The notes below the pieces were generated by a model. The model was given only the letters and a program-made list of their open reading frames with translations, was not told the origin of the DNA and did no database searches. Below are positions 18,886 through 27,894 of a stretch of 39,726 nt of DNA, one piece after another. The stretch's first letter is position 1, and each line of letters opens with the position of its first letter. The stretch spans positions 1-39,726 of the forward strand of contig JBDHAC010000043.1 in assembly GCA_039588275.1 (NCBI GenBank). Reading direction: 5' to 3'. The position numbers and the translations under genes were made by a program. This stretch comes from Gemmatimonadota bacterium. Lineage in GTDB: Bacteria > Gemmatimonadota > Gemmatimonadetes > Palauibacterales > Palauibacteraceae.

Positions 18886-19068
18886 TCAGGAACCACCGCT
18901 AACGGTGTTGAGCGTGCTGCTGGCGTTGCCGAACGCGCCGTTGATCCCTGAAGCAAGCACCGTCATGCCGGCCGTGATGGCCAGGGCGATCAGCACGACG
19001 AGCAGGACGTACTCGGTAGCGTCCTGACCAGACTCGTCGCTCCACAGGTTGCGCAGGAACTGCTGCAT
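18886..19068 (-). CDS. flp: Flp family type IV (Tad) pilin
   Basis: ATG 19068 behind GGAGG; MQQFLRNLWSDESG/QDATEYVLLVVLIALAI has the G/xxxxEY Flp motif; 60 aa. Confidence 0.93.
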   Translation of the reverse strand: MQQFLRNLWSDESGQDATEYVLLVVLIALAITAGMTVLASGINGAFGNASSTLNTVSGGS

Positions 19069-19149
19069 TTGACTTCCTCCACCAGTATTCGCGGTTTCCG
19101 GACTCTTCACTTGGGCTGCTTCGCACAAGCGAGGGACGCGGCCATACGT

Positions 19150-19164
19150 GCAACCTCCCGGCCG
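19150..19164 (-). promoter_or_regulatory. Putative sigma54 promoter of flp
   Basis: Minus strand CGGCCGGGAGGTTGC(A): GG-N10-GC spacing with TTGCA, about 80 nt upstream of the ATG; degenerate IHF-like sequence at about 19193-19219. Confidence 0.5.
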
Positions 19165-19520
19165 AGTGTGGCGGCGCCCCGTCCACGAACACGCATCTCG
19201 TTGTCTTACGGGCAGTTGTGGGCGACGCGGGGCGAGTTCGAAGGTCGGCGATCATGCGCGGGTGTTGGATTCCTACAACGGTCGGAGCGTGGGATGGAGT
19301 CCACGGTCCGCCCGGACCCGCACGGCGTAGCATATCGCGACCGTCCTGGATCCCGGACCGCGAGGGCTCGGTGCCTGGCTGCGCTTGCGACGACGCGGTC
19401 CACCCGGACAGGTTCAATCCTCGTTCGTCAGGATGTGCCATTGTCCGCCCGGATCTGCCTTTCGCGAACGCGGCACACTTGGCCTGCACTCCCCACGGAG
19501 ACGGATCTGGAGGATCTCTC

Positions 19521-20075
19521 ATGTCGCAAATGTCGCACGCGAGACTCACGCGCGGACCCGCCCTCGCGCTCTGTCTGATGGCTCCGGTGGTACAGACGGC
19601 CCATGCCCAGAGCGCACCCACGGACTATCGCGACGAGTTTCTGCAGCACTTCGCGCGGTCGAGCGGCAAGGTCATGGCACTCGCGGAAGCCGTTCCCGAG
19701 GACCTGTACGGGTGGAGCCCGATGGAGGGCGTGATGCACGTCGCGCAGGTCTACATGCACCTCGCCCGGTACAACTTCCTGTACCTGGATACTTCACTTG
19801 GCATACCCGTGCCTGACGGTATCGAGATGTCCGAGCTGGAATCGATCACGGACAAGAGCCGGGTCCTGGACATCTACGAGCGCTCGACGGAGCACGTGCG
19901 GGAGTCGGTGACCCACATGACAGAAGAGGACCTGACGGCGACTACCATCCTGTACGGCCGCGAAGTCGCGGGTTGGGCCGTCCTCTTCCAGCTGCTCTCG
20001 CACATGAACGAGCATGTCGGGCAATCGGTGGCTTACGCGCGTATGAACGGCATCGTCCCCCCGTGGTCCAGGTGA
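19521..20075 (+). CDS. DinB family protein with signal peptide
   Basis: GGAGG RBS before ATG 19521; AHA-Q cleavage; MHLA and HMNEHVGQSVAYARMNGIVPPWS motifs. Confidence 0.88.
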   Translation: MSQMSHARLTRGPALALCLMAPVVQTAHAQSAPTDYRDEFLQHFARSSGKVMALAEAVPEDLYGWSPMEGVMHVAQVYMHLARYNFLYLDTSLGIPVPDGIEMSELESITDKSRVLDIYERSTEHVRESVTHMTEEDLTATTILYGREVAGWAVLFQLLSHMNEHVGQSVAYARMNGIVPPWSR

Positions 20076-20214
20076 GCCTCGGAGGGCGGCAGCCCGGCAA
20101 CCCGCCTGCCTGAGCTCCGACTGCGAGAACCCGGGCCCCAGGTAGGAACCATGACGGGCGTCCCGGACTTCTCTCAGTGAATGACGGCGCCACTGAGAAC
20201 GAAGGAGCCACGGG

Positions 20215-21372
20215 ATGAATACGATGCGCGCAGCTTGCCACCCATACGATCTCCCCGCCCGAGTCGCGGTTCTTCTTGTGGGCGCTCTCCTCAATGCACC
20301 GTCCGCCGGGGCGGCGCAGCCACTGACGGAGCGCACACCCAACCTGTCGGGCGCCTGGGTCTCGTCGCCCGGCACGCTGAACTTCCAATTCGCGCACCGA
20401 TTCGAGATGGCCGGAGACGATGCCGACATCTCCGACATCTTCGGCGGCGACGGGAAGATCGTGAATTACCCGACATTCGATCTCTCGCTGGGGCTCTTCG
20501 AAGGGGCCATGGCCGGGTTCCGCTACAGCAGCAATTCCCCCGGGGCCCGGCTCATCAACGAGTGGCAGCCGTACGTGAAGTACGCCCCCGTGCGTGGAAT
20601 CGGGGAGGGCCTGTTCTCGCTCGCTGTCACGGGAGCGTGGAACGGTGCCAACCAGAGCGTGGATGGCGAGTTGGCGGCCGAGACGCGCGTCGGACCGCTC
20701 CTCCTGAGCGGTGCGGTACGAGGCTTCTCGGACATATACGACCTCCCCGACGGGGTCGACGACGAGGCGCTCGCGCTCGCCGGTGGGATCGGGATCAAGG
20801 TCAACCGCTACGTCACGCTGGCCGCCGACATCGCGGACCTGGTCGCCGGTCCGGAGGGAGACGTGGCCTGGAGCGCGGGCCTCAACCTCGGGATCCCGTT
20901 CACGCCGCATACCCTCTCGATCATGGCGACGAACGTGACGAGCGGAACACTGGCCGGTGTCTCCGCCGGCTCGGGAACGTTCGTTCCCGAGGGGTTCGGT
21001 GCATCGATCTTCTGGGGGTTCGAGTTCACGGTCCCGTTCAGCGGCTTCGCGCGCTGGGGCGAGATCTTCGACCCCGACGAGCTACGATCGCTGCAGACCC
21101 TGCAGGACGCTCAGGGGAAACGAGTCGTGGAGGTCAAAATCTCGCAGCTCGCCTTTCGTGACAAGGAGATCCGAATCCCCGCGGCCACTACCGTGCGCTG
21201 GGTGAACAAGGACCCAGTGGGTCATACCGCCACGTCGGATGATGGTGGCTGGGGTTCAGCCCTGATCGGTCCTGGCGAGACGTGGGAGCACACCTTCGAC
21301 GCGGTGGGCGAGTTCCCTTATCACTGCATCCCCCACCCGTTCATGAAGGGGGTCGTGGTGGTGGAGCGGTAA
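20215..21372 (+). CDS. Fusion of an outer-membrane beta-barrel (DUF5777-like) and a C-terminal amicyanin/plastocyanin-type cupredoxin
   Basis: AAGGAG RBS, signal peptide, GTLNFQFAHRF, alternating beta-strands, PHTLSIMATN, WGFEFTVPF; then VRWVNKDPVGHTATS...YHCIPHPFMKG (His, Cys, His, Met type-1 Cu ligands). Confidence 0.8.
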   Translation: MNTMRAACHPYDLPARVAVLLVGALLNAPSAGAAQPLTERTPNLSGAWVSSPGTLNFQFAHRFEMAGDDADISDIFGGDGKIVNYPTFDLSLGLFEGAMAGFRYSSNSPGARLINEWQPYVKYAPVRGIGEGLFSLAVTGAWNGANQSVDGELAAETRVGPLLLSGAVRGFSDIYDLPDGVDDEALALAGGIGIKVNRYVTLAADIADLVAGPEGDVAWSAGLNLGIPFTPHTLSIMATNVTSGTLAGVSAGSGTFVPEGFGASIFWGFEFTVPFSGFARWGEIFDPDELRSLQTLQDAQGKRVVEVKISQLAFRDKEIRIPAATTVRWVNKDPVGHTATSDDGGWGSALIGPGETWEHTFDAVGEFPYHCIPHPFMKGVVVVER

Positions 21373-21402
21373 GGTACGGCGCCCGCCGGATCGATCCCGT
21401 GC

Positions 21403-22680
21403 CTAGCCCGAGCCGATCAGGCTCAGGTCCCGCTCGAAGACGCGGTTCAGTAGCAGGGTCATCCCCGCACGAAGCTTGTTCTTGGGGCCGACGAGCTTGA
21501 GCAGGTACGCGCCTCGGTAGATCATCCAGGCCGGTCGGCCTCGGATTTGAAGCCCCAGCAGGTCGACGAGCGCCACGCCGCTTCCGAGCGAGATGATCTT
21601 CCCGGCGTGATGCGCGCTGTACTCTTCAACGGGCCGGCCGGCAATCGAGTTCTCGATGTTCCCGGCCGCCCGAACACCCTGACTGATCGCGATCGGCGCA
21701 ACGGACGGATACGGCTCCTGAGTGCGAGGGTTGGTCAGCCTGGCCACATCACCGGCGGCGAACACGTTCTTGGCTCCGCTCAGTGCGAGTGAAGGCTCGA
21801 CGGCGAGGTGGCCCGAGAGGACTCGCGGCAATGGGGAGTGGCCCCAATCCGCCGTCTCGGGAGCCGTACCCGCCGCCCAGATCAGCGAGCCGGCCTCACA
21901 GCTCGAGTCGCCATCCGGCCCGCGCGCCGTTACCAGCCGCCCGTCGAAGCCGTGCACCGTCGTCGACAACCGCAGCTGGATCCCGAGCCGGCGGAGCTCG
22001 TCCTCGCCGCGAGCGGCGAGCTCCGCGTCCCACCCGCGCAGGATGCGATCTCCTCCGTCCAGGAGGATGACCCGAGCCTCGCTTCCGAGGTCGTAATAGC
22101 GTGGGAGGACTCGGGTCAGGAGGTGGAGGATCTCGCTGGCCACTTCCACACCTGCCGGGCCCGCCCCGACCACCGCGAACGTGAGCAGCCCGCGCTTTCG
22201 ACCCGCGCTCCGCTCCACGTCGGCCCGCTCGGCTGCCTCCAGCACGCGGTTCCGGATGGCCGTCGCGTCTGTGACGGAGGTGAAGGGGAGGCTCGCGTGC
22301 CGCAACTCTTCGTTACCGAAGTACCGGGGGCGAGCCCCGAGCGCGACGACCGCGTAATCGAAGCGGACGGGTCCGGCGGACGTAAATGCCGTTCCCGATT
22401 GCGGGTCGACTCCTTCGACTTCACCTCTGACGAAGCGGAACCCGCGACGACGGCCGAAGACCCGATAGGGAACCGTGACGTGCTCCGGTCCGAGGTTGCC
22501 CGCCACCACTTCGGCGAGGAGCGGGGTGAAGGTGAAGTGATTCGCGTCGGAGACGAGCGTTACCTCGACGGCGCCGTCCGGAAGATCCGCCGCGCTCAGA
22601 TAGCTGGCTGCGTAGAGTCCGCCGAACCCACCGCCCAGCACGGCCACGCGGGCGGGTCTCGGCCGCCCTGCCATCACCAT
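21403..22680 (-). CDS. Type II NADH dehydrogenase-like FAD-dependent oxidoreductase (NDH-2)
   Basis: VLGGGFGG, FTPLL, VVGAGPAGVE, IWAAG, FAAGD, VAPIAISQG, C-terminal amphipathic AWMIYRGAYLLKL region. Confidence 0.88.
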   Translation of the reverse strand: MVMAGRPRPARVAVLGGGFGGLYAASYLSAADLPDGAVEVTLVSDANHFTFTPLLAEVVAGNLGPEHVTVPYRVFGRRRGFRFVRGEVEGVDPQSGTAFTSAGPVRFDYAVVALGARPRYFGNEELRHASLPFTSVTDATAIRNRVLEAAERADVERSAGRKRGLLTFAVVGAGPAGVEVASEILHLLTRVLPRYYDLGSEARVILLDGGDRILRGWDAELAARGEDELRRLGIQLRLSTTVHGFDGRLVTARGPDGDSSCEAGSLIWAAGTAPETADWGHSPLPRVLSGHLAVEPSLALSGAKNVFAAGDVARLTNPRTQEPYPSVAPIAISQGVRAAGNIENSIAGRPVEEYSAHHAGKIISLGSGVALVDLLGLQIRGRPAWMIYRGAYLLKLVGPKNKLRAGMTLLLNRVFERDLSLIGSG

Positions 22681-22684
22681 GTGA

Positions 22685-23155
22685 TTACCAGGTGGGACCC
22701 GGAAAACCAGGCAGTCGGTCCTGATAATAAACGAGCATGGTCCCGATCGTGGTGATGACGCCCACGATCGTGATGCCGATCGCCTGCGTGGCGAGACACC
22801 AGAGCATGATCCGCCGGTCTTCCTGCAGGTAGCTCCGCTTCTTCCCGCTCTTGTGCAGGAAGAGCCCGTACACGGCGAGCAACAGGACGGCGAGCCCGAC
22901 TTTCAACACGAGCCAGCCGCCTACGCCGCTGTCGAACCGGGTGATCGAGCCGGAAAAGCCGTCCCGGATCCCGAACACCATGGATAGTGCGACCGCGATG
23001 ACCCCGAGCCAGGTGTTCGTGCGCGCGAAGCGGTACAGGCGGTCCTCGAACACGCTGGTCGCCAGCCCGCGGAAGAGCCACGCGTACATGGACACGAACG
23101 CCATCAGAAGGAAGGCGATGTGCAGGTGCACGAAGAGTGGATGCAGGACTCGCAT
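22685..23155 (-). CDS. 4-TM membrane protein, DUF2231-like
   Basis: Start re-called at ATG 23155 behind GAGGA; LHPLFVHLHIAF resembles the DUF2231 HPxxVHxPI start; ends IGTMLVY; four hydrophobic segments; 4 nt from the ndh-like start. Confidence 0.65.
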   Translation of the reverse strand: MRVLHPLFVHLHIAFLLMAFVSMYAWLFRGLATSVFEDRLYRFARTNTWLGVIAVALSMVFGIRDGFSGSITRFDSGVGGWLVLKVGLAVLLLAVYGLFLHKSGKKRSYLQEDRRIMLWCLATQAIGITIVGVITTIGTMLVYYQDRLPGFPGPTW

Positions 23156-23230
23156 CGATTCTTCCTCACGGCGGCCCGCGCCACCCGAGTCGCGCGGTGT
23201 AGTGCGCAACCCGGGCGGACGGTTGAGCCG

Positions 23231-23659
23231 TCAGGTCACGCGAATCGTGACGTCTCGCATGACGCCGGGGTGGAAATCACACCGAAGCACGTAGACGCCG
23301 GTCGTGTTCAGGGTCACGGCGTGCGTATCGCCGCGGTTCATGGTCCCCGAGTTCGTCGCCCCCGCCGACCCCTGGGGCGTGCTGGTGAAGGTCACCGTGT
23401 GGGCGGTGGATCCGTTGTGCGTGAAACCCACCGTCTGGCCGGCGTTGATCGTGAAGTCGATGTTCTCGTTCCGGTCACCGTTCGGGTGCACGAACGCGTT
23501 GTCGATGATGTCGATGACGACGTTGGCTCCCGGTGGGGGTGGAGTCGGTGGTGGCGGTGGAGGTGGAGGGTTGCCGCCTCCGGTTACCCCGTTGCCTCCC
23601 CCGCACGCCGATACGGCGAGCGCCGCGATGACGCCGAACGCAAACACGATTCGCCTCAT
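23231..23659 (-). CDS. Cupredoxin (plastocyanin/azurin family) lipoprotein with poly-Pro linker
   Basis: AGGAGG RBS, lipobox VSA-C, NPPPPPPPPTPPPP linker, AHTVTF...YVLRCDFHPGVM type-1 Cu ligands. Confidence 0.9.
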   Translation of the reverse strand: MRRIVFAFGVIAALAVSACGGGNGVTGGGNPPPPPPPPTPPPPGANVVIDIIDNAFVHPNGDRNENIDFTINAGQTVGFTHNGSTAHTVTFTSTPQGSAGATNSGTMNRGDTHAVTLNTTGVYVLRCDFHPGVMRDVTIRVT

Positions 23660-23757
23660 GATTCTCCTCCTGTCTCCTGTGGCTGGTTCAATGGAGCAAC
23701 GCCCTCGAGGAGAAAGACGTTCCTCGAGCGCAGAAGGTCAGCGTGAGCTCAAACGTC

Positions 23758-23837
23758 AAAAGGGCGAGGCCGCACGCACCGCGACCTCACCCTCGTATTG
23801 GCGACACCACATCGCCTCGGGGTCAGACCCCGAGGCG
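23758..23837 (-). terminator. Rho-independent terminator-like hairpin (23758-23793) plus near-perfect 25-bp palindrome (23813-23837)
   Basis: AAAAGGGCGAGGCCGC...GCGACCTCACCCT gives a stem plus U-run on the minus strand; CGCCTCGGGGTC-A-GACCCCGAGGCG. Confidence 0.6.
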
Positions 23838-23851
23838 GCAAGGAGGTTAGA

Positions 23852-24640
23852 TCATGAGCCCTCGTCGGGCAGATAGCTCATGTCCTGCCGCCACCCGACC
23901 TGGTAGCTGTCGTTGTTGTAGATGAGCTGTCCGCGGGCCTCGAACAGCTCGCCCCACCGCTCGCCGAGGCCGGATGCCTCGAGGAGTTGGCCGATGCTCT
24001 TGGCGCCGTAGAAGTCGCCCAGCCCATCGTGCAGGACTACGAAGTAGGTGAGGTTCTCGTCACCCATCGCCACGCGGTGGCCGTAGATCGGGTACGGGTA
24101 GCCCATTTCCTTGAAGAGCGCCATGACGGCGGCGGTGTTCTCGCCGTACTCCTCGCTCATGCCAGGACGAACCCAGGTCTGGAAGATGACGGCGCCCGTG
24201 TGGTCGCCGGCCATGAGTCCGTCTTCCGGCTCGTAGCTCCAATCGTCGACATGAACGGCCATCTGGGAGCTGGAGGTTACCCAAAGATCCTCGAATTCCG
24301 CGAACGCCTCCTGCATGAGCTCCGCGCCTTCACCGGCGCCGATCTCACGCACGAACGCACCCTGGTCGTCGAGCTGTGCCCAGTTCTCCGGCCAGGTGAC
24401 GACGTGGAAGTCGTTTCCGTCCTGATACACGGACCAGGCATGCTTTGCATCGAGGTTGGACATGGTGGCCGCCTCGACCACCTTCCCGACGATCTCGGCG
24501 AACTGCTGGGTCTGCGATGGCGCCACGGAAAGCGTGCCGACGGAGACCAGATTTGGGGCCTCTTCTTGAGCCCGCGCGGGAAGCACTCCCGCGACGAGCA
24601 ATGCGGCTACCGCGAGGAACGAGGAAGCCAGCTTCTTCAT
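23852..24640 (-). CDS. Secreted hypothetical protein with two internally similar domains (dimeric alpha-beta barrel/NIPSNAP-like)
   Basis: Start at ATG 24640 behind AGGAGGT; signal peptide ARA-Q; two halves ending DDWSYEPE and QDMSYLPD. Confidence 0.7.
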   Translation of the reverse strand: MKKLASSFLAVAALLVAGVLPARAQEEAPNLVSVGTLSVAPSQTQQFAEIVGKVVEAATMSNLDAKHAWSVYQDGNDFHVVTWPENWAQLDDQGAFVREIGAGEGAELMQEAFAEFEDLWVTSSSQMAVHVDDWSYEPEDGLMAGDHTGAVIFQTWVRPGMSEEYGENTAAVMALFKEMGYPYPIYGHRVAMGDENLTYFVVLHDGLGDFYGAKSIGQLLEASGLGERWGELFEARGQLIYNNDSYQVGWRQDMSYLPDEGS

Positions 24641-24769
24641 ACGTCTACCTCCTGTGGGTATAGCGGGACACAGCGGCAAGAACGGTCTGAATGCGGACCC
24701 CGGGAAGAGAGCGGGGAGTCCTTTTGGCCGCAAGGAGCCCGCGCTCACGGGTCCCACAGCGCCTGAAGG

Positions 24770-27484
24770 CTATTCGATCGTCAGGATTCGCATGGGGTCC
24801 AGTCGGCTTGCCCAACGGGCGGGGATCAGCGTCGCGACCAACGCCACCAGGACGAGGAGGGTTGTTATCGCGATGAAGGTGAGCGGATCGTTGGGGCTGA
24901 CTCCGTACATGAACGTCTCGATCGTGCGCGAGAGCGCGAGTGCCACCACCGCACCGGCAACCAGCCCCGCGAGGACCGGCATGGCCATCTCCCGGACCAC
25001 CGCCCGACGAATGGCTGCCGCGGAAGCTCCGACCGCGATCCGGATCCCGATGTCCCGTGCGCGGCGTCGGACGCTATAGCTCACCACTCCGTAGATGCCC
25101 ACTGCGGCCAGAAGCAGCGCCAGGCCTCCCAGCATGCCGAGGAGCACCGTACCCATCCGCTGAGGCATCAGTGCGTCACCCACTTGTTCGCTCAACGGGC
25201 GAAGGGCGGTGAGAGAGAGATCCGGGTCCAGGGCCAGGAACTGGTCCCTGATGCCCGGCAGCAGCCCTCGTGGGTCGCCGCTCCCACGAGCCACCAATGT
25301 GAGAAAGTCCGTCGAGAATCCCGGCCTCTGCGCGAGCGGCAGAAAGACGAACGGGGTCGGTTGCTCGCCCACGGCGGCCCAAACGGGGTCATCCACTACC
25401 CCGACCACTTCGAACGAGAAGTCGGCGCCGGCGAACGCGACCGATCCCCCGACAGGACTTCGATCCGGCCAGTAACGCTCCGCCATATGTCGATTGATCA
25501 CCATCACGGCAGGTGATCCCTCGAAGTCCCGCTCGCTGACCGTTCGCCCCTCGACGAGCTCAATGCCCAGGGTCTCGAAGTAATCGGGCTCCACCACCAC
25601 ATAGTCCAGGCGAACCTCCTCGTCGGGGGCCGGCTCGTAGCCGCCGATTTCAGCGAACATTCCCCGGAACCCGGCGCCCTGGAACGGGACGAGGGTCGAC
25701 ACGCTGGCCTCCTCCACCTCCGGCATTCCCCTGACCCGGCGGAGCAGCTCATCTACGAAAGTGACCCCGCGCTCCTCCGAGTAGCGGAGGAGCGAGAGGT
25801 TGAATCGTGCCGTGGTTACGGAGCCGTGAGTGAACCCGAGGTCCGTGGCCAGGCTGTTTCGAAGCGTCCGGATGAAGAGGCCCGATCCGACCAACAGAAC
25901 CACGCAAAGGCCCATCTGCACGGCGACGAGAGACCGTCGTAGTCGGCCCTGGTTCCCGAGCCGCCCCGACACCTCGCCCTTGAGGGACCTGACGAGGTCC
26001 GGCCGTGTCGTCTGGAGCGCCGGGACGAGCCCGAACAGGAACGCCGTCGCCACGGACAACCCGAGCGCGAAGAAGAGCACCCGCGTGTCGAGCCCGACCT
26101 CGAGGTCTCCGATCGTGACAGCTCCGGGAAGCTGGAAGGCACCGAGCTGCGCGAGCATGAGCTTGCCCACGAGGAGGCCTGCGGTACCGCCCACCAGTGA
26201 CAGGGCGAGGCTCTCGGTGAGCAACTGGCGAACGACTCGCGTGCGCCCAGCCCCGACGGCCATCCGAATCCCGATTTCTCGCCCTCGAGCCGTAGCCCGC
26301 GCCAGCAGCAGATTCGCGAGGTTCGCCGCCGCGAGTAACAGGCTGAGACCGACGACCGCGAGCAGCATCCAGACGAAGCGCTTCAAGGTGGCCTCGGAGC
26401 CACGCGGCAGCAGGTAGCCCTGTACCGGATCCACCGTAATACCGCGGACGCCATCGATCGCGGCGCGTTCTTGCGGGAACTGCTCACCCAGCCGCAACGC
26501 GAGCCCATCCATGTCCGCCCTTGCCCGATCGACCGTCACGCCTGGCCCCAATCGTCCGACGAGCGTCCCGATCCACCGCATACCGCGGCTCTCGGCAGCG
26601 TCCGGCTCGCCCGCACCACCGACGGCGGGTCCCAACTCCCGGGCCGACAGGATGGGCAGCCACAGATCAGGCGTCACGTTCAGGTCCAATCCGCGGAAGC
26701 CCTCTGTGGCCACCCCTACGACCGTGTAGGATGCCCCGTTCAACCGCACCGTCTTACCGACGATCTCGGGGTCGGAGCCGAACGCGTCGCGCCAGAAGCC
26801 GTGGGCGAGGACAGTCACGCGGGCAGGTGCGCCCTTCTCGTTGTCGGAGGGCTGGATCGACCTCCCGACGTGTATGCCGGAGCCGAGCAAACCGAAGTAG
26901 TTACCCGTCACAAGGAGTCCGGTCGCCAGCCGCGCCGCCTCGGGGTCGCCCACGTTGAGCGGTATCGAACTGTACGCGGCCATGTCGAGAAAGCTGCGAG
27001 AAAGGTCGCGGTAGTCCTCGAAGTCCGGGTACGAGGAGGAGCATCTGGGGTTGCCCCGTCGGCAGGTTGTGTAAATGGCAGCGAGCCGGTCCGGGTCATC
27101 CACGGCGGGGCGGCGGAGGATCACCTGATTCGCGATGCTGAAGATCGCGGTGTTGGCGCCGATGCCCAGCGCGAGCGTAAGCACCGCACCGACCGCAAAC
27201 CCGGGGTACCGCCTCATCTGGCGGCCGACGAGCCGCACATCTGCCTGCAGGTCTCGCGCGAACCCGACACCCCACGACCAGCGAGCTCGGTCCTTCTGCC
27301 GGCCGATCGAGCCAAATCGGTTGAGGGCCTGTCGGCGGGCCTCGTCCTCTCCCATCCCCTGACCTACGAGCTTTTCGACCTCCATCTCCAGGTGGAAACG
27401 GATCTCATCGTCCAGCTCTTGCTCCATCAAACGCGGTGCGAGCAGTGCCTTGAGCCTGAAGAGGAGGTCATGGATCCATCGCAT
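24770..27484 (-). CDS. ABC transporter permease, acidobacterial duplicated orphan permease (ADOP) type
   Basis: Start re-called at ATG 27484. ELDDEIRFHLEM..GM...EARRQA...FG prefix domain, TLALGIGANTAIFS, ANLANLLLARA, REIGIRMAVGA, IPARWASRLDPM. Confidence 0.93.
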   Translation of the reverse strand: MRWIHDLLFRLKALLAPRLMEQELDDEIRFHLEMEVEKLVGQGMGEDEARRQALNRFGSIGRQKDRARWSWGVGFARDLQADVRLVGRQMRRYPGFAVGAVLTLALGIGANTAIFSIANQVILRRPAVDDPDRLAAIYTTCRRGNPRCSSSYPDFEDYRDLSRSFLDMAAYSSIPLNVGDPEAARLATGLLVTGNYFGLLGSGIHVGRSIQPSDNEKGAPARVTVLAHGFWRDAFGSDPEIVGKTVRLNGASYTVVGVATEGFRGLDLNVTPDLWLPILSARELGPAVGGAGEPDAAESRGMRWIGTLVGRLGPGVTVDRARADMDGLALRLGEQFPQERAAIDGVRGITVDPVQGYLLPRGSEATLKRFVWMLLAVVGLSLLLAAANLANLLLARATARGREIGIRMAVGAGRTRVVRQLLTESLALSLVGGTAGLLVGKLMLAQLGAFQLPGAVTIGDLEVGLDTRVLFFALGLSVATAFLFGLVPALQTTRPDLVRSLKGEVSGRLGNQGRLRRSLVAVQMGLCVVLLVGSGLFIRTLRNSLATDLGFTHGSVTTARFNLSLLRYSEERGVTFVDELLRRVRGMPEVEEASVSTLVPFQGAGFRGMFAEIGGYEPAPDEEVRLDYVVVEPDYFETLGIELVEGRTVSERDFEGSPAVMVINRHMAERYWPDRSPVGGSVAFAGADFSFEVVGVVDDPVWAAVGEQPTPFVFLPLAQRPGFSTDFLTLVARGSGDPRGLLPGIRDQFLALDPDLSLTALRPLSEQVGDALMPQRMGTVLLGMLGGLALLLAAVGIYGVVSYSVRRRARDIGIRIAVGASAAAIRRAVVREMAMPVLAGLVAGAVVALALSRTIETFMYGVSPNDPLTFIAITTLLVLVALVATLIPARWASRLDPMRILTIE

Positions 27485-27504
27485 GTGTCTGTTCCCGCCT
27501 TGGT

Positions 27505-27837
27505 CTAGGTCGTCGCCAGGATCACGTGTACAGCCGTCGAGAGCCGTTGCCACCGCTCCGTCTCGGCGCCCAGCTGACTCGTTCCGGGCGCGGTCAGCTG
27601 GTAGTACCTGGCTCGACGCCCGTTCTCGGTAGTCCGCCAGTAGGAGCGGATCCACCCCTCGCGCGTGAGGCGATGGAGCGACGCATACAGGGAGCCCTGA
27701 TTCACCTTCAACGCCTCGCTCGAGAGACCCTGGATCCGCTCACTGATTCCCCAGCCATGCATGGGTTCGAGCGAGAGGACCTTCAGGATCAGCATATCGA
27801 GGGTCCCCTTGATCATGTCGGGCTTCACTCTTGCCAT
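27505..27837 (-). CDS. PadR family transcriptional regulator (acidobacterial type)
   Basis: GTLDMLILKVL, MHGWGI, VNQGSLYASLHRL, ENGRRARYYQLT; directly upstream of the ADOP permease. Confidence 0.95.
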   Translation of the reverse strand: MARVKPDMIKGTLDMLILKVLSLEPMHGWGISERIQGLSSEALKVNQGSLYASLHRLTREGWIRSYWRTTENGRRARYYQLTAPGTSQLGAETERWQRLSTAVHVILATT

Positions 27838-27894
27838 CGTTGCTCCTCGGACGCACGGGTTGTTCTCGAGGTCGACGAGTCGACCCGCACTCTC

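Noticed and set aside
23702..23737. Additional PadR-like boxes (CCTCGAG x2) upstream of the cupredoxin gene
   Set aside because: Only half-site similarity; right arms and spacing differ from the 27895/27918 boxes.
27485..27655. N-terminal extension of the ADOP permease overlapping padR
   Set aside because: The family-typical start is MRWIHDLL at 27484; the extension is an alternate frame of padR.
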